From Acidobacteriota bacterium (GTDB lineage Bacteria > Acidobacteriota > UBA6911 > RPQK01 > JAJDTT01): DNA of 64,000 nucleotides. A program made the position numbers and the translations under genes. The stretch lies in contig OZ253580.1 of NCBI GenBank assembly GCA_965263035.1, positions 4,256,001 through 4,320,000 on the forward strand, read 5' to 3'. The notes under the pieces are model-generated. The model made no database searches. It saw nothing but the letters and a program-made list of their open reading frames with translations, and had not been told where the DNA came from. Shown in pieces: positions 16,870-27,414 of the stretch (the first letter of the stretch is position 1; each line of letters starts with the position of its first letter).

Positions 16870-19470
16870 ATGTGGATGCAGCGGCCGGTGACGGAATGCC
16901 TTTTGGGGATCGGAGTTTTCCTCGGGATTGGGGCCATGTTGAGTGCCGATGCCAACGCCCTTCCCCGCGCTCTCCTGCGCCAGGAGTTGGAGGGATCGCT
17001 CCGGAAGTGGATCGTGCGGGATCGCCAGGGCAACTACCTCCTCTTGTCGCCACGGCATGGTTCCGGAACCCGCGGCGGATTCTCTCTGCGGATGTCCCAG
17101 GGCTCGTCGCCTGAATCATTGCGCGACTTCGGACCGGCGTATGCTCTGGAACCGCTCTTGGAAGAGCGCGGTTTCCTCATCAGCGCCGGAATCACTCTGG
17201 ATCGCCAGGATCGCATCCACATGGTCTGGAGCACCGTGACCGGACTCACCGGATACGCAGTCGTGGATTTTCCCGGCGCCGGCGGCACCGATCTGCTCTG
17301 GCAAAACCCCCAGACCAAATCTCCCGGAGCGCTGGTCCTGGCGGACGAGTACTCCAGGATCGGTGACATTGCGACGGCAGCGGACGGAAGCGTCTGGTTC
17401 ACCTGGACCGAGTCGATATCGGATCACCAGGCGTCGATCCAACTGGGCCGCGTCCATGACGGCGGTTTGTCGTCTTGGCGCATCGCCCACGGCGATGGCC
17501 TCTTTCCGGCCAGCCTTTTCCTGGACGGGCAGGAGCGTTTCCATCTGGGATGGCACGACATCTACGAGGAGTCGTACTACGCTTCGGGGCGGCTGGACCA
17601 ATTGGACGACCCCAAAGCGGCGAGAGTCGTCCGCCTGCAGAGCCGCGCCTTCCAACCGATCCTGACCCGGACGCAAGGACGGACACTGGCCGTATACGAG
17701 GACACCTATTCCCACCTGGTGAGCGTTCTTCCCGAAGAGGCGCCGCCGCGGGCCGTGCCCCTGACCCGGTCCCGGCCACGCTTTGCCTGGCACACCTTTC
17801 ACTCGCCCCAATTCGCCCTGGACCGATATGGCATCGCCTGGTTGTTTTTCGTGGACAGCGCCCGCCAACATGTCTTTCGCACCCGGTGGCTGGGCCAGGG
17901 TTGGGGTCCCGTCCACAATACCGCCAAGCTGATCCGGAACTCGCCCCGCATGGAAGACAACCATCTCTCCATCGAACGTCTCGCGGTGGAGACGCGCATG
18001 GGCGAAGGGGAGCCGGGAATCAAGATTCTGGTGACCCATGGGGATCAACAGGCCCTTCGTTCCGTTTCCGTCCCCTCGCTGGCGGCGTCTCCCGGGAAGA
18101 AGGTTCTCTTCCTGGACCTGGCGGAGGTGCAGGCGTTGGAGAATCTCCGCCTGCGGGTGAACCCGGCGCAGAAACACCCCGGGAATCCCGTCATCCAGGC
18201 CGGCGAGGAGGGCGATCCGGATGTCCACGGAGCCGGGAACTTCCTGCGAGTATTGAAAGAAGAAAACGTCTATCGCATGTGGTATTCGACCATGCGGCGG
18301 GATCGCAGCCGTCCCTGGTGGGAGTGGTATGGAGTGGGCTATGCAGAGAGCAGGGACGGATACCACTTCCGGAAAAAGGAACTGGTCCGGAACACCCCCT
18401 ATGTCCCCATGGTGCTCAAGGACGCAAACGCTCGGAATCCCAACCGCCGCTACAAGCTCCTCAAATTCCCGACCCACGGCAGCCGGGCCCAGGAGGCGCG
18501 GGCCGGCCGCTACAATCCGTGGCAGGAGACCAACGCCGGAACCCTGTCGGTCTCGCGGGACGGGATCGACTGGATTCCCGAACCGGCAATCATGTTTTTT
18601 CCGGGGGGGCGGCCCTTTTCCCTCATGCCCCAGTCGGTCCTCTACGATCCGGAGGAGAGAGATCCCGATAAACGCTACAAGGCATACGGATTCTCGGCTC
18701 TGAACCTGGCTCGCCGAGGCGGCGGCTACGCCTACAGTCCGGACGCCTACCACTGGACCGCCCATCCCGACAACCCCATGCTCGATCCCTTTGCCCGTGC
18801 CATCCCCGTGGTCAGGGGCGGCAAGGTGGAACAGATTCACGACTGGGTGGTCTGGAAGGACGGAGACTACTACCTCTCTCTCTACCAATATCAGCACAAC
18901 GGCCGGGAGCTGGACCTGGAACTGGCGTTCAGCCGCGACGGCGAGAACTTCGTCTTCGTCGACCCGGGGCAGAAAGTGGTGCCGTCCGGCCCAGCCGAGG
19001 ATTGGGACTGCGACCATATCGCTCCCTCTCTGCCCCTGGTGGACGACCGCGAGATCAAGGTCTACTACGGAGCCATCTGCGGCGAGGGCACTCGTGGCGA
19101 AAGACGCTCGGGTGGAGTCGCGGTCCTGAGGCTCGACGGCTACACTCGCCTCGAACCGGAAGATCCCGGGAAGGGTGCGGTGTTGACCACGATCCCGGTG
19201 AGCCCGGCCGGGGCGTCCCACCTCCAGGTCAATGCGGATTGTGGCGAAGGAGGCTACCTTCAGGCCGAGTTGCTGGATGCCGGGAGTGGGATGCCGCTCC
19301 CCGGCTTCACCCGTTCCGACAGCGTCCCGTTTCGGAGCGATGCCGTATCCCACCGGATGAGTTGGACCGGAGGCAGGCGTCTATCCGACCTCGACCGAAG
19401 GTTTCAGGTGCGCTTTCATCTTGTCGGGTCCAACGGATTTCCAAGACTCTACTCCTTCAGCTTCAAGTAG
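16870..19470 (+). CDS. Large secreted protein with a C-terminal glycosidase-like five-bladed beta-propeller and beta-sandwich
   Basis: RBS AGGAG, signal peptide; KHPGNPV, YRMWY, YAESRDG, SRDG, LRLDGY motifs. Confidence 0.7.
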   Translation: MWMQRPVTECLLGIGVFLGIGAMLSADANALPRALLRQELEGSLRKWIVRDRQGNYLLLSPRHGSGTRGGFSLRMSQGSSPESLRDFGPAYALEPLLEERGFLISAGITLDRQDRIHMVWSTVTGLTGYAVVDFPGAGGTDLLWQNPQTKSPGALVLADEYSRIGDIATAADGSVWFTWTESISDHQASIQLGRVHDGGLSSWRIAHGDGLFPASLFLDGQERFHLGWHDIYEESYYASGRLDQLDDPKAARVVRLQSRAFQPILTRTQGRTLAVYEDTYSHLVSVLPEEAPPRAVPLTRSRPRFAWHTFHSPQFALDRYGIAWLFFVDSARQHVFRTRWLGQGWGPVHNTAKLIRNSPRMEDNHLSIERLAVETRMGEGEPGIKILVTHGDQQALRSVSVPSLAASPGKKVLFLDLAEVQALENLRLRVNPAQKHPGNPVIQAGEEGDPDVHGAGNFLRVLKEENVYRMWYSTMRRDRSRPWWEWYGVGYAESRDGYHFRKKELVRNTPYVPMVLKDANARNPNRRYKLLKFPTHGSRAQEARAGRYNPWQETNAGTLSVSRDGIDWIPEPAIMFFPGGRPFSLMPQSVLYDPEERDPDKRYKAYGFSALNLARRGGGYAYSPDAYHWTAHPDNPMLDPFARAIPVVRGGKVEQIHDWVVWKDGDYYLSLYQYQHNGRELDLELAFSRDGENFVFVDPGQKVVPSGPAEDWDCDHIAPSLPLVDDREIKVYYGAICGEGTRGERRSGGVAVLRLDGYTRLEPEDPGKGAVLTTIPVSPAGASHLQVNADCGEGGYLQAELLDAGSGMPLPGFTRSDSVPFRSDAVSHRMSWTGGRRLSDLDRRFQVRFHLVGSNGFPRLYSFSFK

Positions 19471-19534
19471 ACCTCCCCGAATCCGGCTTCGTGATCCGGC
19501 CCGGTCAGAAAATGGGACTGGTATCCTTGCCCGC

Positions 19535-20569
19535 ATGACGCCCTCTCCTTCCGCAGAAAGGATCCTCCGGGACTCGATCGTCATCGACGCCCACGGTCAT
19601 TTCTTGGACCTGGCCGCCACGTCGCGCCTCCAACTGCATGAGTCCCTGGGCGGGCTCACCGACGTGCCCCTGATGCGCGCCGGCGGCGTGTCCGCCCAGT
19701 TGACGGCCTGCTGGGTGCCCGACGTCCGGATCGGTGGACCCCACGGCAGCCGGCAGCCCTTTCGGGACGTCATGAAGATGTTGGATTACGTCCACCGGGA
19801 GTTGGATGGAGAAGCGGGGGACCACGTGGTTCTGGCCGGGACCGCCGGGGACATCGAAGGGGCGGTGGCACAGTCGAAGACAGCCTTCGTGTTGGGGCTC
19901 GAAGGGGGAGACGCGCTGCAGGGTGATCCGGATCGACTCCGGACGCTGTACCTGGCGGGCCTGCGCCATGTCTGCCTCGTCCACGAGGGACGGAACGCCA
20001 TTGCCGTGGCGACGCAGGTCTGGGAGGGGCAGACCATGCGCGCCTACGACCCCAGGATCGATGCCCCGGGAGGACTGAGTGCCGTCGGCAGGCGGATCGT
20101 CCGCGAGATGAACCGGCTGGGCATGCTGGTGGACGTCACCCACATGATCGAGGAGAGCTTCTGGGACACGCTGGAGGTCTCGACTGCGCCCGTGATCGCC
20201 TCCCACGGGAATGCGCGTTCTCTGCGGGATACCGTAAGGCACTTGACCGATGAGCAGATCCGGGCCGTCGCCGACACCGGAGGGATCGTCTGTCCCAGTC
20301 CCTTTCCGCTCGGCCCCACCCGGGAGCTGCCCAGTCTGGAGATGATGCTCCGGCATGTCGATCACATGGTCCGTCTGGTGGGCCCCGACCACGTCGGTTT
20401 CGGAACCGACTTCCTGGAGCAGACGGGATCCCGGCCCGCCGGTTTCGGGGACATTGGCGAGACACCGCGATTCGTCGAGGGGCTGCTGGAACTCGGATAC
20501 GGCTCCACGGCGATTCGGAAAATCATGGGCGGCAATTTCTTGCGGGTCTTCCGGCAGGTCGCGGGTTGA
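19535..20569 (+). CDS. Membrane dipeptidase (peptidase M19)
   Basis: IDAH, LEG, MNRLGMLVDVTH, ASH.N, HVGFGTDF, GGNFLRVF. Confidence 0.9.
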   Translation: MTPSPSAERILRDSIVIDAHGHFLDLAATSRLQLHESLGGLTDVPLMRAGGVSAQLTACWVPDVRIGGPHGSRQPFRDVMKMLDYVHRELDGEAGDHVVLAGTAGDIEGAVAQSKTAFVLGLEGGDALQGDPDRLRTLYLAGLRHVCLVHEGRNAIAVATQVWEGQTMRAYDPRIDAPGGLSAVGRRIVREMNRLGMLVDVTHMIEESFWDTLEVSTAPVIASHGNARSLRDTVRHLTDEQIRAVADTGGIVCPSPFPLGPTRELPSLEMMLRHVDHMVRLVGPDHVGFGTDFLEQTGSRPAGFGDIGETPRFVEGLLELGYGSTAIRKIMGGNFLRVFRQVAG

Positions 20570-20571
20570 CT

Positions 20572-20643
20572 AGGAGGGGGGACTTTTAGTCCTCCATTCC
20601 CCGGAGTCGGCGGCTAGAAACCGCCGCTCCAGCCGCCGCTCCC
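20572..20643. repeat. REP doublet containing an unoccupied IS110 target
   Basis: GGAGGGGGGACTTTTAGTCCTCC hairpin and inverted GGCGGCTAGAAACCGCCGCTCC. Confidence 0.65.
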
Positions 20644-20877
20644 AAATTCCCCCACCAACGCGTTTTTTGTCATTAATAGTAAAAACTCGGCCACTATTTA
20701 CTATAGATAGAAAATAGTTCGCCAATGACTCGAACCCTGTCTCCCGTTTCCTCGATTTGTGATCGGTCTGGGATTTGAGATTCAGGATCCAATTCGAAAT
20801 TCTCCCATGGGGGTGTTACTCTCCAAATCAAGTCTGGATAGCCGGTTCCAGTGGGGCGGAGACAAAGGGAGCGATAC

Positions 20878-22008
20878 ATGAACCTCAGGAAATTGTTGTT
20901 GGCCGTTTGCGTCTTCGGGTTGGCGGGGGGCGCCGCCTTCGCCCAGGACTACGAGTCCATCGACGGCGCCGTCATCTACGACTATGACCCGTCGACGAAA
21001 CTGGGTGATGAGGTTTTCGGGACCGTCATATCCAATCTGGAGCGCGACTTTCCCGGCCGGAATTCTCACGGCGGGCCGGTCTGCATGCAGTATCCCGACG
21101 GCCGCATCGTGGCCTTCAACACCAACACCAGCGACCACAACCTGGACGGTTGGAGCGAGCATGCCGAGAGCCGCGACGGCGGCAAGACCTGGGACATGTA
21201 CAACCGGTTCCCCTATTCGTTCGAGGCCTACTTGAGAAACGCCAAGCGGCCGGCCTGGATCGAAGCGGGCCTGGTCACGGCCAATGGAACCGTGGTCGTC
21301 TTCGTGACCCATTTCATCTTGGGCGGAAGCCGGACCATGAGCGGTTTCATGAGGAGTTACGACCAGGGCGCCAGCTGGACCCACTACGAGTCGGTCGACG
21401 GGACCCATATCGGCTATCCCGTCGGCACGGCAGTCGACGGCGACACCAACTACGTCATCTACGATTCCGATGGCGGAGGCCCCCATGTTCTGTACGTCAG
21501 TACCGACGACGGGCGATCCTGGCAGAAGCGGAGCACCCTGTCGCTGCAGGACGACGTCTGGTACGGGGCCGTGACCTTGATGGCGGACGGCGGACTGCTG
21601 GCCGGGGCCTACCACTCGGACGACGAGTACCACTTCTATTACTGCATCAGCAAGGACCAGGGCCGCACCTGGACCGAGCAGAGGAAGGCGCGGGTCGACC
21701 AGAAGGTTCGGGATCCGGAGCTAGGCTACGTCGGTGGCCGGTACTATCTCCACGGGAGGTCCGGAAGCTACGGTGAGGGCTCGGACCGCTTCGTTCTCTA
21801 CCAATCCTCCGACGGAGAGAACTGGGGCAACGCCATCGTCGTCAGCAGCGATACCGGCCGGGGGGACGGATACAGCGCGAACTGTCTGATCCACACCGAC
21901 GAAGACGGCGCCCCCGACGAGTTGATGGTCCTTTACAGCATCCAATACAAGAAAGTCGACGCCAACGAGTACGTCTTCTTCATCAGGCCCGGCAACAAGG
22001 GGAACTAA
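20878..22008 (+). CDS. Secreted sialidase-family (BNR/Asp-box) protein
   Basis: Signal peptide AFA-Q; Asp boxes SRDGGKTW, SYDQGASW, STDDGRSW, SKDQGRTW, SSDGENW. Confidence 0.85.
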   Translation: MNLRKLLLAVCVFGLAGGAAFAQDYESIDGAVIYDYDPSTKLGDEVFGTVISNLERDFPGRNSHGGPVCMQYPDGRIVAFNTNTSDHNLDGWSEHAESRDGGKTWDMYNRFPYSFEAYLRNAKRPAWIEAGLVTANGTVVVFVTHFILGGSRTMSGFMRSYDQGASWTHYESVDGTHIGYPVGTAVDGDTNYVIYDSDGGGPHVLYVSTDDGRSWQKRSTLSLQDDVWYGAVTLMADGGLLAGAYHSDDEYHFYYCISKDQGRTWTEQRKARVDQKVRDPELGYVGGRYYLHGRSGSYGEGSDRFVLYQSSDGENWGNAIVVSSDTGRGDGYSANCLIHTDEDGAPDELMVLYSIQYKKVDANEYVFFIRPGNKGN

Positions 22009-22200
22009 CGCCTGAGCGAGCAGTCTCGGATCAGGGCCGAAAACGGCGAGATCAACACGGTCAGCGAGCGAACCACCAGAGAGTCCACATCTCGGGCGCG
22101 CGGTTTCCGGGCGCGGCACCGGATTCCGGTTCTTCTTCCAGTTCTGTTCTTCACTTGGCTTCCGCCATCGCTTCCGGCTCAGGATTCATTCCTGGGAGAC

Positions 22201-24378
22201 TTGACCGGACGCTGGCAGCTCCTGGTGGACGACCACCTGATCGAGGAGAAGCGAGGTGTCGTCCGGACCTACCATCCGCTGAAGAAGCATCCGGCCAATC
22301 CCGTACTGGGCATGAAAGGGTCCTGGGGGGAGCGGCGCACCACCCCCTACGGCACCGTCCTGCCGGGGGAGGACGGCCAGGGATACCGCATCTGGTACGA
22401 CATCTGGGACGGAGACTGCCACAACTTCTATGCCACCAGCCAGGATGGCATTCGCTGGGTTCGGCCGAGCCTGGGCCTGGTCGATCGCCGGGGTTCCCGG
22501 GCCAACAACCTCTTCTATCGCCGGACCCGGTTGGACCATATGCCCCAGATTATCCATACTCCCTGGGAAGCGGACTCCGATCGACGATACAAGATGGTCA
22601 ACTTTGATTTCGGCGCGGGCTCTCGCGGCCCTGCCGGCAGGGGTTACTGGGGAGCCACCTCCCCCGACGGGATCCATTGGACGGATTCCCCGCGTAATCC
22701 GATCCTGCCCGATCCGGGAGACGTGGGGCACTTCCTCTGGGATCCCAACCGGCGGAGCTATCTCGGCTATACGAAGCTCTACGCTCCGGTCCGGGGATAC
22801 CGGCGCCGCTCGGTGGGCGTCAACTCCACGACCCGGTTTCAGCACTGGCCCCCGACGGAGCTGATCCTGGTCCCGGACGAGTTCGATGACCGCTGGGTGA
22901 CACGGAGTGGCCAACATACCGACTTCTACGGCCTCGCAGCCTTTCCTTACCAGAGCCAATATCTCGGTTTCCTCTGGATCTTTCGGATCGTGGACGGCGG
23001 AAACGACGGTTCCATCTTCTGTGAGCTGGTGAGCAGCCGGGACGGAGTCACCTGGAAACGCCAGGAGGGCGATCGGATTCCAATGCTGGCTCCGGGTCCC
23101 GCGGGGGCGTGGGACAGCGGCCAGGTCCAGACGTTCAACCATCCACTGCAGGTCGGCGGGAAGTTGCGGGTCTACTACGGCGCCATCGAGACGACCCATG
23201 GCTTCCAGGAGGGCGACGGCGCCATCGGCTTGGCCACCTTGCGCAAAGATGGGTTCGTTTCCCTGGATGCCGGGTCCGACGTCGGGGTCGTCACCACCCG
23301 TCTTCTGATGAACTTGGAGGGTGAGCTACGCCTCAACGCAGACGCCGGAGCAGGAGAGATCCGAGTCGAAGTGCTGGATCGAACGGGTGAGGTTCTGCCC
23401 GGCTACGGCCGGGACGAGTGCCGGCCCATGTCGGAAGAAGGCATCGACTTCCCGGTGCGGTGGCGGGCTCATGAGAAGTTGCCCAGGTCTCGGGAACCTC
23501 TGCGTATTCGTTTTGTGTTGACCCGGGCCTCCCTTTTCTCATTTCGGGCCGGCGACTCGGTTCGGCTCTTCAGCCGGACTGCGCCGCTTGAAGTCTCCTA
23601 TTCGTTCGAGTCGTTTCAAGGGGACGGAGTGGACGATCAGGCGGCGGAGGATGGAGTCCAGCCAGGCCGCCTGCACGGCTCCCTGGCCATTGTCCGAGAT
23701 CCTGACGCAGACCCCGGGGAATCCTCGGCCCTGCGGTTTCCGGAACAGGGAGCCGGCTCGAGTCGATTTGAGGTGCCGGGAACGTCACATCTGGGTCACC
23801 ATTTCACGTTGGCGTCCCGCGTCAAGACACGAAGCCCGGACCGGATGCGCCTGTTCAGCACCCATCGGGGCAGTGGACCCGCGGCTGTGGGAGAGCTGAT
23901 TTTCGACTTCGAGCCTGCAACGGGCGCCTTGCGCCTGGTCGTCAACGGGCAGGAGATCGCCTCGCCGGCAGCCTCGTTCGCAGACGGCACGTACCATCAT
24001 CTGGCCGCCACCTACGATCGGGGCCGGGTCGTTCTCTATCTGGACGGGCGGGTCGTGGCATCGGGCCGGATCCGTTCCGGCGCCGCCCGTTTATTCAGGG
24101 ACGACTCCGTCGTCGAATACTTCGGCCCTCCGGAGACGCCTCCGCTGGCTGGGGTGCATCTGGCGGACAACCTGCATCTGGGAGCAGACCGGGCCGGAAC
24201 ATTCGTCGGCCACGGATGGCAGATCGCGGGTTCCAATCGTTACCAACTAATGGGATGGGTGGACGATGTTCTGGTAGCCAGACGAGTCTTGAGCGCCTCC
24301 GAGATCCAGGGTTTGAGCCGGCGCGGCGTCGAGGAAACGGGTGCGGTAGGCGGGGAATCGAGACGAAGGGAGCAATAG
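22201..24378 (+). CDS. Glycosidase-like beta-propeller protein with a C-terminal LamG/ConA domain
   Basis: KHPANPV, S.DG..W repeats, LRKDGFVSL, YHHLAATYD...LYLDG, G.VDDV. The true start is probably upstream. Confidence 0.75.
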   Translation: MTGRWQLLVDDHLIEEKRGVVRTYHPLKKHPANPVLGMKGSWGERRTTPYGTVLPGEDGQGYRIWYDIWDGDCHNFYATSQDGIRWVRPSLGLVDRRGSRANNLFYRRTRLDHMPQIIHTPWEADSDRRYKMVNFDFGAGSRGPAGRGYWGATSPDGIHWTDSPRNPILPDPGDVGHFLWDPNRRSYLGYTKLYAPVRGYRRRSVGVNSTTRFQHWPPTELILVPDEFDDRWVTRSGQHTDFYGLAAFPYQSQYLGFLWIFRIVDGGNDGSIFCELVSSRDGVTWKRQEGDRIPMLAPGPAGAWDSGQVQTFNHPLQVGGKLRVYYGAIETTHGFQEGDGAIGLATLRKDGFVSLDAGSDVGVVTTRLLMNLEGELRLNADAGAGEIRVEVLDRTGEVLPGYGRDECRPMSEEGIDFPVRWRAHEKLPRSREPLRIRFVLTRASLFSFRAGDSVRLFSRTAPLEVSYSFESFQGDGVDDQAAEDGVQPGRLHGSLAIVRDPDADPGESSALRFPEQGAGSSRFEVPGTSHLGHHFTLASRVKTRSPDRMRLFSTHRGSGPAAVGELIFDFEPATGALRLVVNGQEIASPAASFADGTYHHLAATYDRGRVVLYLDGRVVASGRIRSGAARLFRDDSVVEYFGPPETPPLAGVHLADNLHLGADRAGTFVGHGWQIAGSNRYQLMGWVDDVLVARRVLSASEIQGLSRRGVEETGAVGGESRRREQ

Positions 24379-24419
24379 ACTGTTCGCAATGGTCTGCCGG
24401 GACGGATAGGAGGATTGTC

Positions 24420-25757
24420 GTGGTGCAAGAACTGGATCGTCGTGAGTTTCTGGGAAGGTCGACCGCTGCCGCTGTGGCCCTTGCGTCCTCGAGGCCCCTC
24501 TATTCCTCGGCGCAATCCGGATCGGCGTTGGACCGGCTCAACATCGCATCGATCGGCGTCCACAATCGGGCGGCGTCGAATCTGAAGGGCGTCGCCAGCG
24601 AGAACATCGTCGCCCTTGTGGATATCGACCAGGAGTTTCTCGATGCCGCGGGCGAGACCTATCCCAACGCTCGCCGGTACCGGGACTACCGGGTCATGTT
24701 GGAGAAGGAGGCCGAGAAGATCGACGCCGTCCTCGTCAGCACGCCCGACCATACCCATGCTCCGGCGGCATCGATGGCCCTGCAGATGAAGAAGCACGTC
24801 TACTGCGAGAAGCCGCTCGCCCACACCATCTACGAAGCGCGAAGACTGGCCGAACTGGCGGCCGAAAACAGCCTGGTCACCCAGATGGGGACGCAGGTCC
24901 ACGCCGAGGAGAACTATCGCCTGGTGGTCGAGCTGGTCCGGAGCGGCGCCATCGGTGAAATCCGCGAAGTCCACGTCTGGGTCAACGTCGACTACTCGGG
25001 CCGGCGGATGATCACCGGCAAACCGAGCCCCGGCCACGTCGACTGGGATCTCTGGCTGGGTCCCGCGGCGGCCCGGCCCTACTGCGAGAGTGTCAAGGAG
25101 GACGGTTCGGTGATCGCGGTTCACCCTTTCAACTGGCGCTGGTTCTGGGACTACGGCACCGGTGCCCTGGGGGACTTCGCCTGCCACTGGATGGACCTCC
25201 CCCATTGGGCGCTGGATCTCAAGCATCCGACTCGGGTGTCGGCGGCCGGTCCCTCTCCGCTCCTGGAGAGCGCGACTTCCGGCCTGATCGTGACCTACGA
25301 GTATCCGGCCCGGGGCTCCCTGCCGCCGGTGACGTTGAAGTGGTACGACGGCGGAAAGAGGCCGGACCTTCTGGCCGGGTTCAAGGACCCCGAGGGCCAG
25401 CCCCTGGACCCGGACCGCGGGCAGCTCTTCGTCGGCTCGGAAGGAATGATCCTCTCCAACTACTCGGAGCACATGCTGCTTCCGGTCGAGAAGTTCGCCG
25501 GGTTCAAACGTCCGGATCCCTTCATTCCCCGGTCGCCCGGACACCATCAGGAATGGATCCAGGCCATCAAGACGGGCGGGACCGCCAACTGCAATTTCGA
25601 CTATTCGGGGGCCCTCACCGAGGCCGTCCTGCTGGGGGTTGTGGCCTATCGGAGCGGCCGGACCATCGAGTGGGACGCGCGTTCGTTACGCATTACCAAC
25701 TCGGCGGCCGCCCAGCAACTCCTCCACAAGGAGTATCGCAAGGGCTGGACACTGTAG
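24420..25757 (+). CDS. Tat-exported Gfo/Idh/MocA oxidoreductase
   Basis: RBS AGGAGG; RREFL, TPDHTH, YCEKPL, WDLWLGP. Confidence 0.9.
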   Translation: MVQELDRREFLGRSTAAAVALASSRPLYSSAQSGSALDRLNIASIGVHNRAASNLKGVASENIVALVDIDQEFLDAAGETYPNARRYRDYRVMLEKEAEKIDAVLVSTPDHTHAPAASMALQMKKHVYCEKPLAHTIYEARRLAELAAENSLVTQMGTQVHAEENYRLVVELVRSGAIGEIREVHVWVNVDYSGRRMITGKPSPGHVDWDLWLGPAAARPYCESVKEDGSVIAVHPFNWRWFWDYGTGALGDFACHWMDLPHWALDLKHPTRVSAAGPSPLLESATSGLIVTYEYPARGSLPPVTLKWYDGGKRPDLLAGFKDPEGQPLDPDRGQLFVGSEGMILSNYSEHMLLPVEKFAGFKRPDPFIPRSPGHHQEWIQAIKTGGTANCNFDYSGALTEAVLLGVVAYRSGRTIEWDARSLRITNSAAAQQLLHKEYRKGWTL

Positions 25758-25795
25758 CCACGGATCCGACGCTTTCGCGAATGAATGCCGCGCCC

Positions 25796-25858
25796 GTGAA
25801 TCGGAGGAAGTTCCTTCCACCATCCGGCACCCGGGTGACCGCCGGGACATAGTGGCCC
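25796..25858 (+). pseudogene. Degenerate duplicate of the 5' end of the GH42 gene
   Basis: Reads (M)NRRKFLPPSGTRVTAGT* versus MNRRKFLALSSTAMTAGTWP at 31961. Confidence 0.7.
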
Positions 25859-25894
25859 ATAGGGGCGGCATCAACCAACAGGACGGAGACGGCG

Positions 25895-27223
25895 ATGAAC
25901 GTGAAAATACTTGTAGCCGGCACACTCCTCGTTGCGGCAGGTCTGACGCCGGGACTGCGGGCTCAGCCGCTCCCCAGAACTCTCGACCTCGACCAGGCCA
26001 TCGAGTTCGCACTCTCTCGCCACGCCGATCTGGACGCCGCCCGGGCGGCGATCGACGCGCGCGCCGGCTCGACGCGGCAAGCCGGTCTGTCGCCGAACCC
26101 GGTGTTCTCATTACAGACGGAGAACTGGCGGTTCTACGGCAATCCAGGGTTTTCGGCCTCCCGCGACCTTGACCTGTTTGCGTGGGTGAGCGTACCGATC
26201 GAGACCGCGGGCAAGCGGACCCGGCGCGTCGAGCTTGCCGAGGCCGATGAACGCATCGCGGAGCACGAAAGCCAACTGGCTGCCTGGAGAATTCGCCAGA
26301 GCGTCAAGAAGGCCTATTGGGAAGCCCTGGCAACCGTGAACGACGCAAAGATGCTGGGGCGCAGCCGCGACACCCTGCAACGCCTGGAGAACTACCACGA
26401 GGTGCGGGTGCGGCTGGGCGCGATGGCCGAGGTGGACCTGATCAAGGTTCGAGTCGAAGCCGGGCGGGCCGCACTGGCCGTCTCCGGCGCCGAGATGGAG
26501 ATCAGCCGCGCCAAGATCGCCTTGCTGGAGGCGATGGGGATCCCGGAGTTGAGCACCGGCTTCGAGGTGCGGCAGCCGGACGCACGGCCAGTCGAAGTCA
26601 GCTGGGACGCCGCCCAGGCCGTTGAGCAGACCGTGGAGCAGGCGTTGGCTCACCGCGCGGAGATCCGGCTCGGCCAAGCCCAGGTGGAGCGCGCCCGCGC
26701 GGCCGTAGAATTGCAACGGTCGCTGGCGCGGCCCGACGTGAGGCCCTATGTTGGTTACAAGCGGAGCGACGCGTTCCACACTCTCATCGGCGGGATCTCG
26801 ATCTCGTTGCCGGTTCGCGACCGGAACACGGGCCGTATCGGGGCGGCCTTGGCCGAGGTCCGCCGCCGGGAAGCGGCCCTGCGGGCAGCGGAAGCGCGCA
26901 TTGGCGCCGAGGTGGCCGCAGCGGTCGAGACGGTGCGGCGGCGCTCGGAAATGTTGCGCTCGATGGAGACCGGAGTGCTCGATCATGCGCGGGAAACCTC
27001 TCGGATCGCGCTCGCCGCTTACCAGGAAGGCGGGGTCGAACTGCTCGACGTGCTCGACGCCCAGCGCACCCGGAACGAACTCGGCCTGTTCCACTCACAG
27101 TTGGTGTTCGACTACCAATTGAGCTGGGTGGACCTGGAGACCGCCTCGGGCACGCCGAACCTGTCGCTGTCCACGGAGGGGACCCAAACGGCGATGGTGC
27201 GTTTCGGCGCCACGGTCGAGTGA
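25895..27223 (+). CDS. czcC: TolC/CzcC outer-membrane efflux protein
   Basis: Signal peptide, PNP motif, helical OEP repeats, AYQEG...LDVLDAQR; first gene of the RND operon. Confidence 0.85.
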   Translation: MNVKILVAGTLLVAAGLTPGLRAQPLPRTLDLDQAIEFALSRHADLDAARAAIDARAGSTRQAGLSPNPVFSLQTENWRFYGNPGFSASRDLDLFAWVSVPIETAGKRTRRVELAEADERIAEHESQLAAWRIRQSVKKAYWEALATVNDAKMLGRSRDTLQRLENYHEVRVRLGAMAEVDLIKVRVEAGRAALAVSGAEMEISRAKIALLEAMGIPELSTGFEVRQPDARPVEVSWDAAQAVEQTVEQALAHRAEIRLGQAQVERARAAVELQRSLARPDVRPYVGYKRSDAFHTLIGGISISLPVRDRNTGRIGAALAEVRRREAALRAAEARIGAEVAAAVETVRRRSEMLRSMETGVLDHARETSRIALAAYQEGGVELLDVLDAQRTRNELGLFHSQLVFDYQLSWVDLETASGTPNLSLSTEGTQTAMVRFGATVE

Positions 27224-27414
27224 AGGTGTATCAGCCCGTGGCAAAAGTCGTCGCGGCATTCGACCGGGTCTGCATCGTGCGCGGACTGCGTTGCGCCTCG
27301 GTCACATAGGGTCGAATATGCTCCCTCACCGCGCCTTGTCCGGCGGGCGCAGCCCCGGTCTCGGTGCTACGCGGGACATTCACCACGGACTGATATCGGT
27401 GGAAGCTGGTGACC

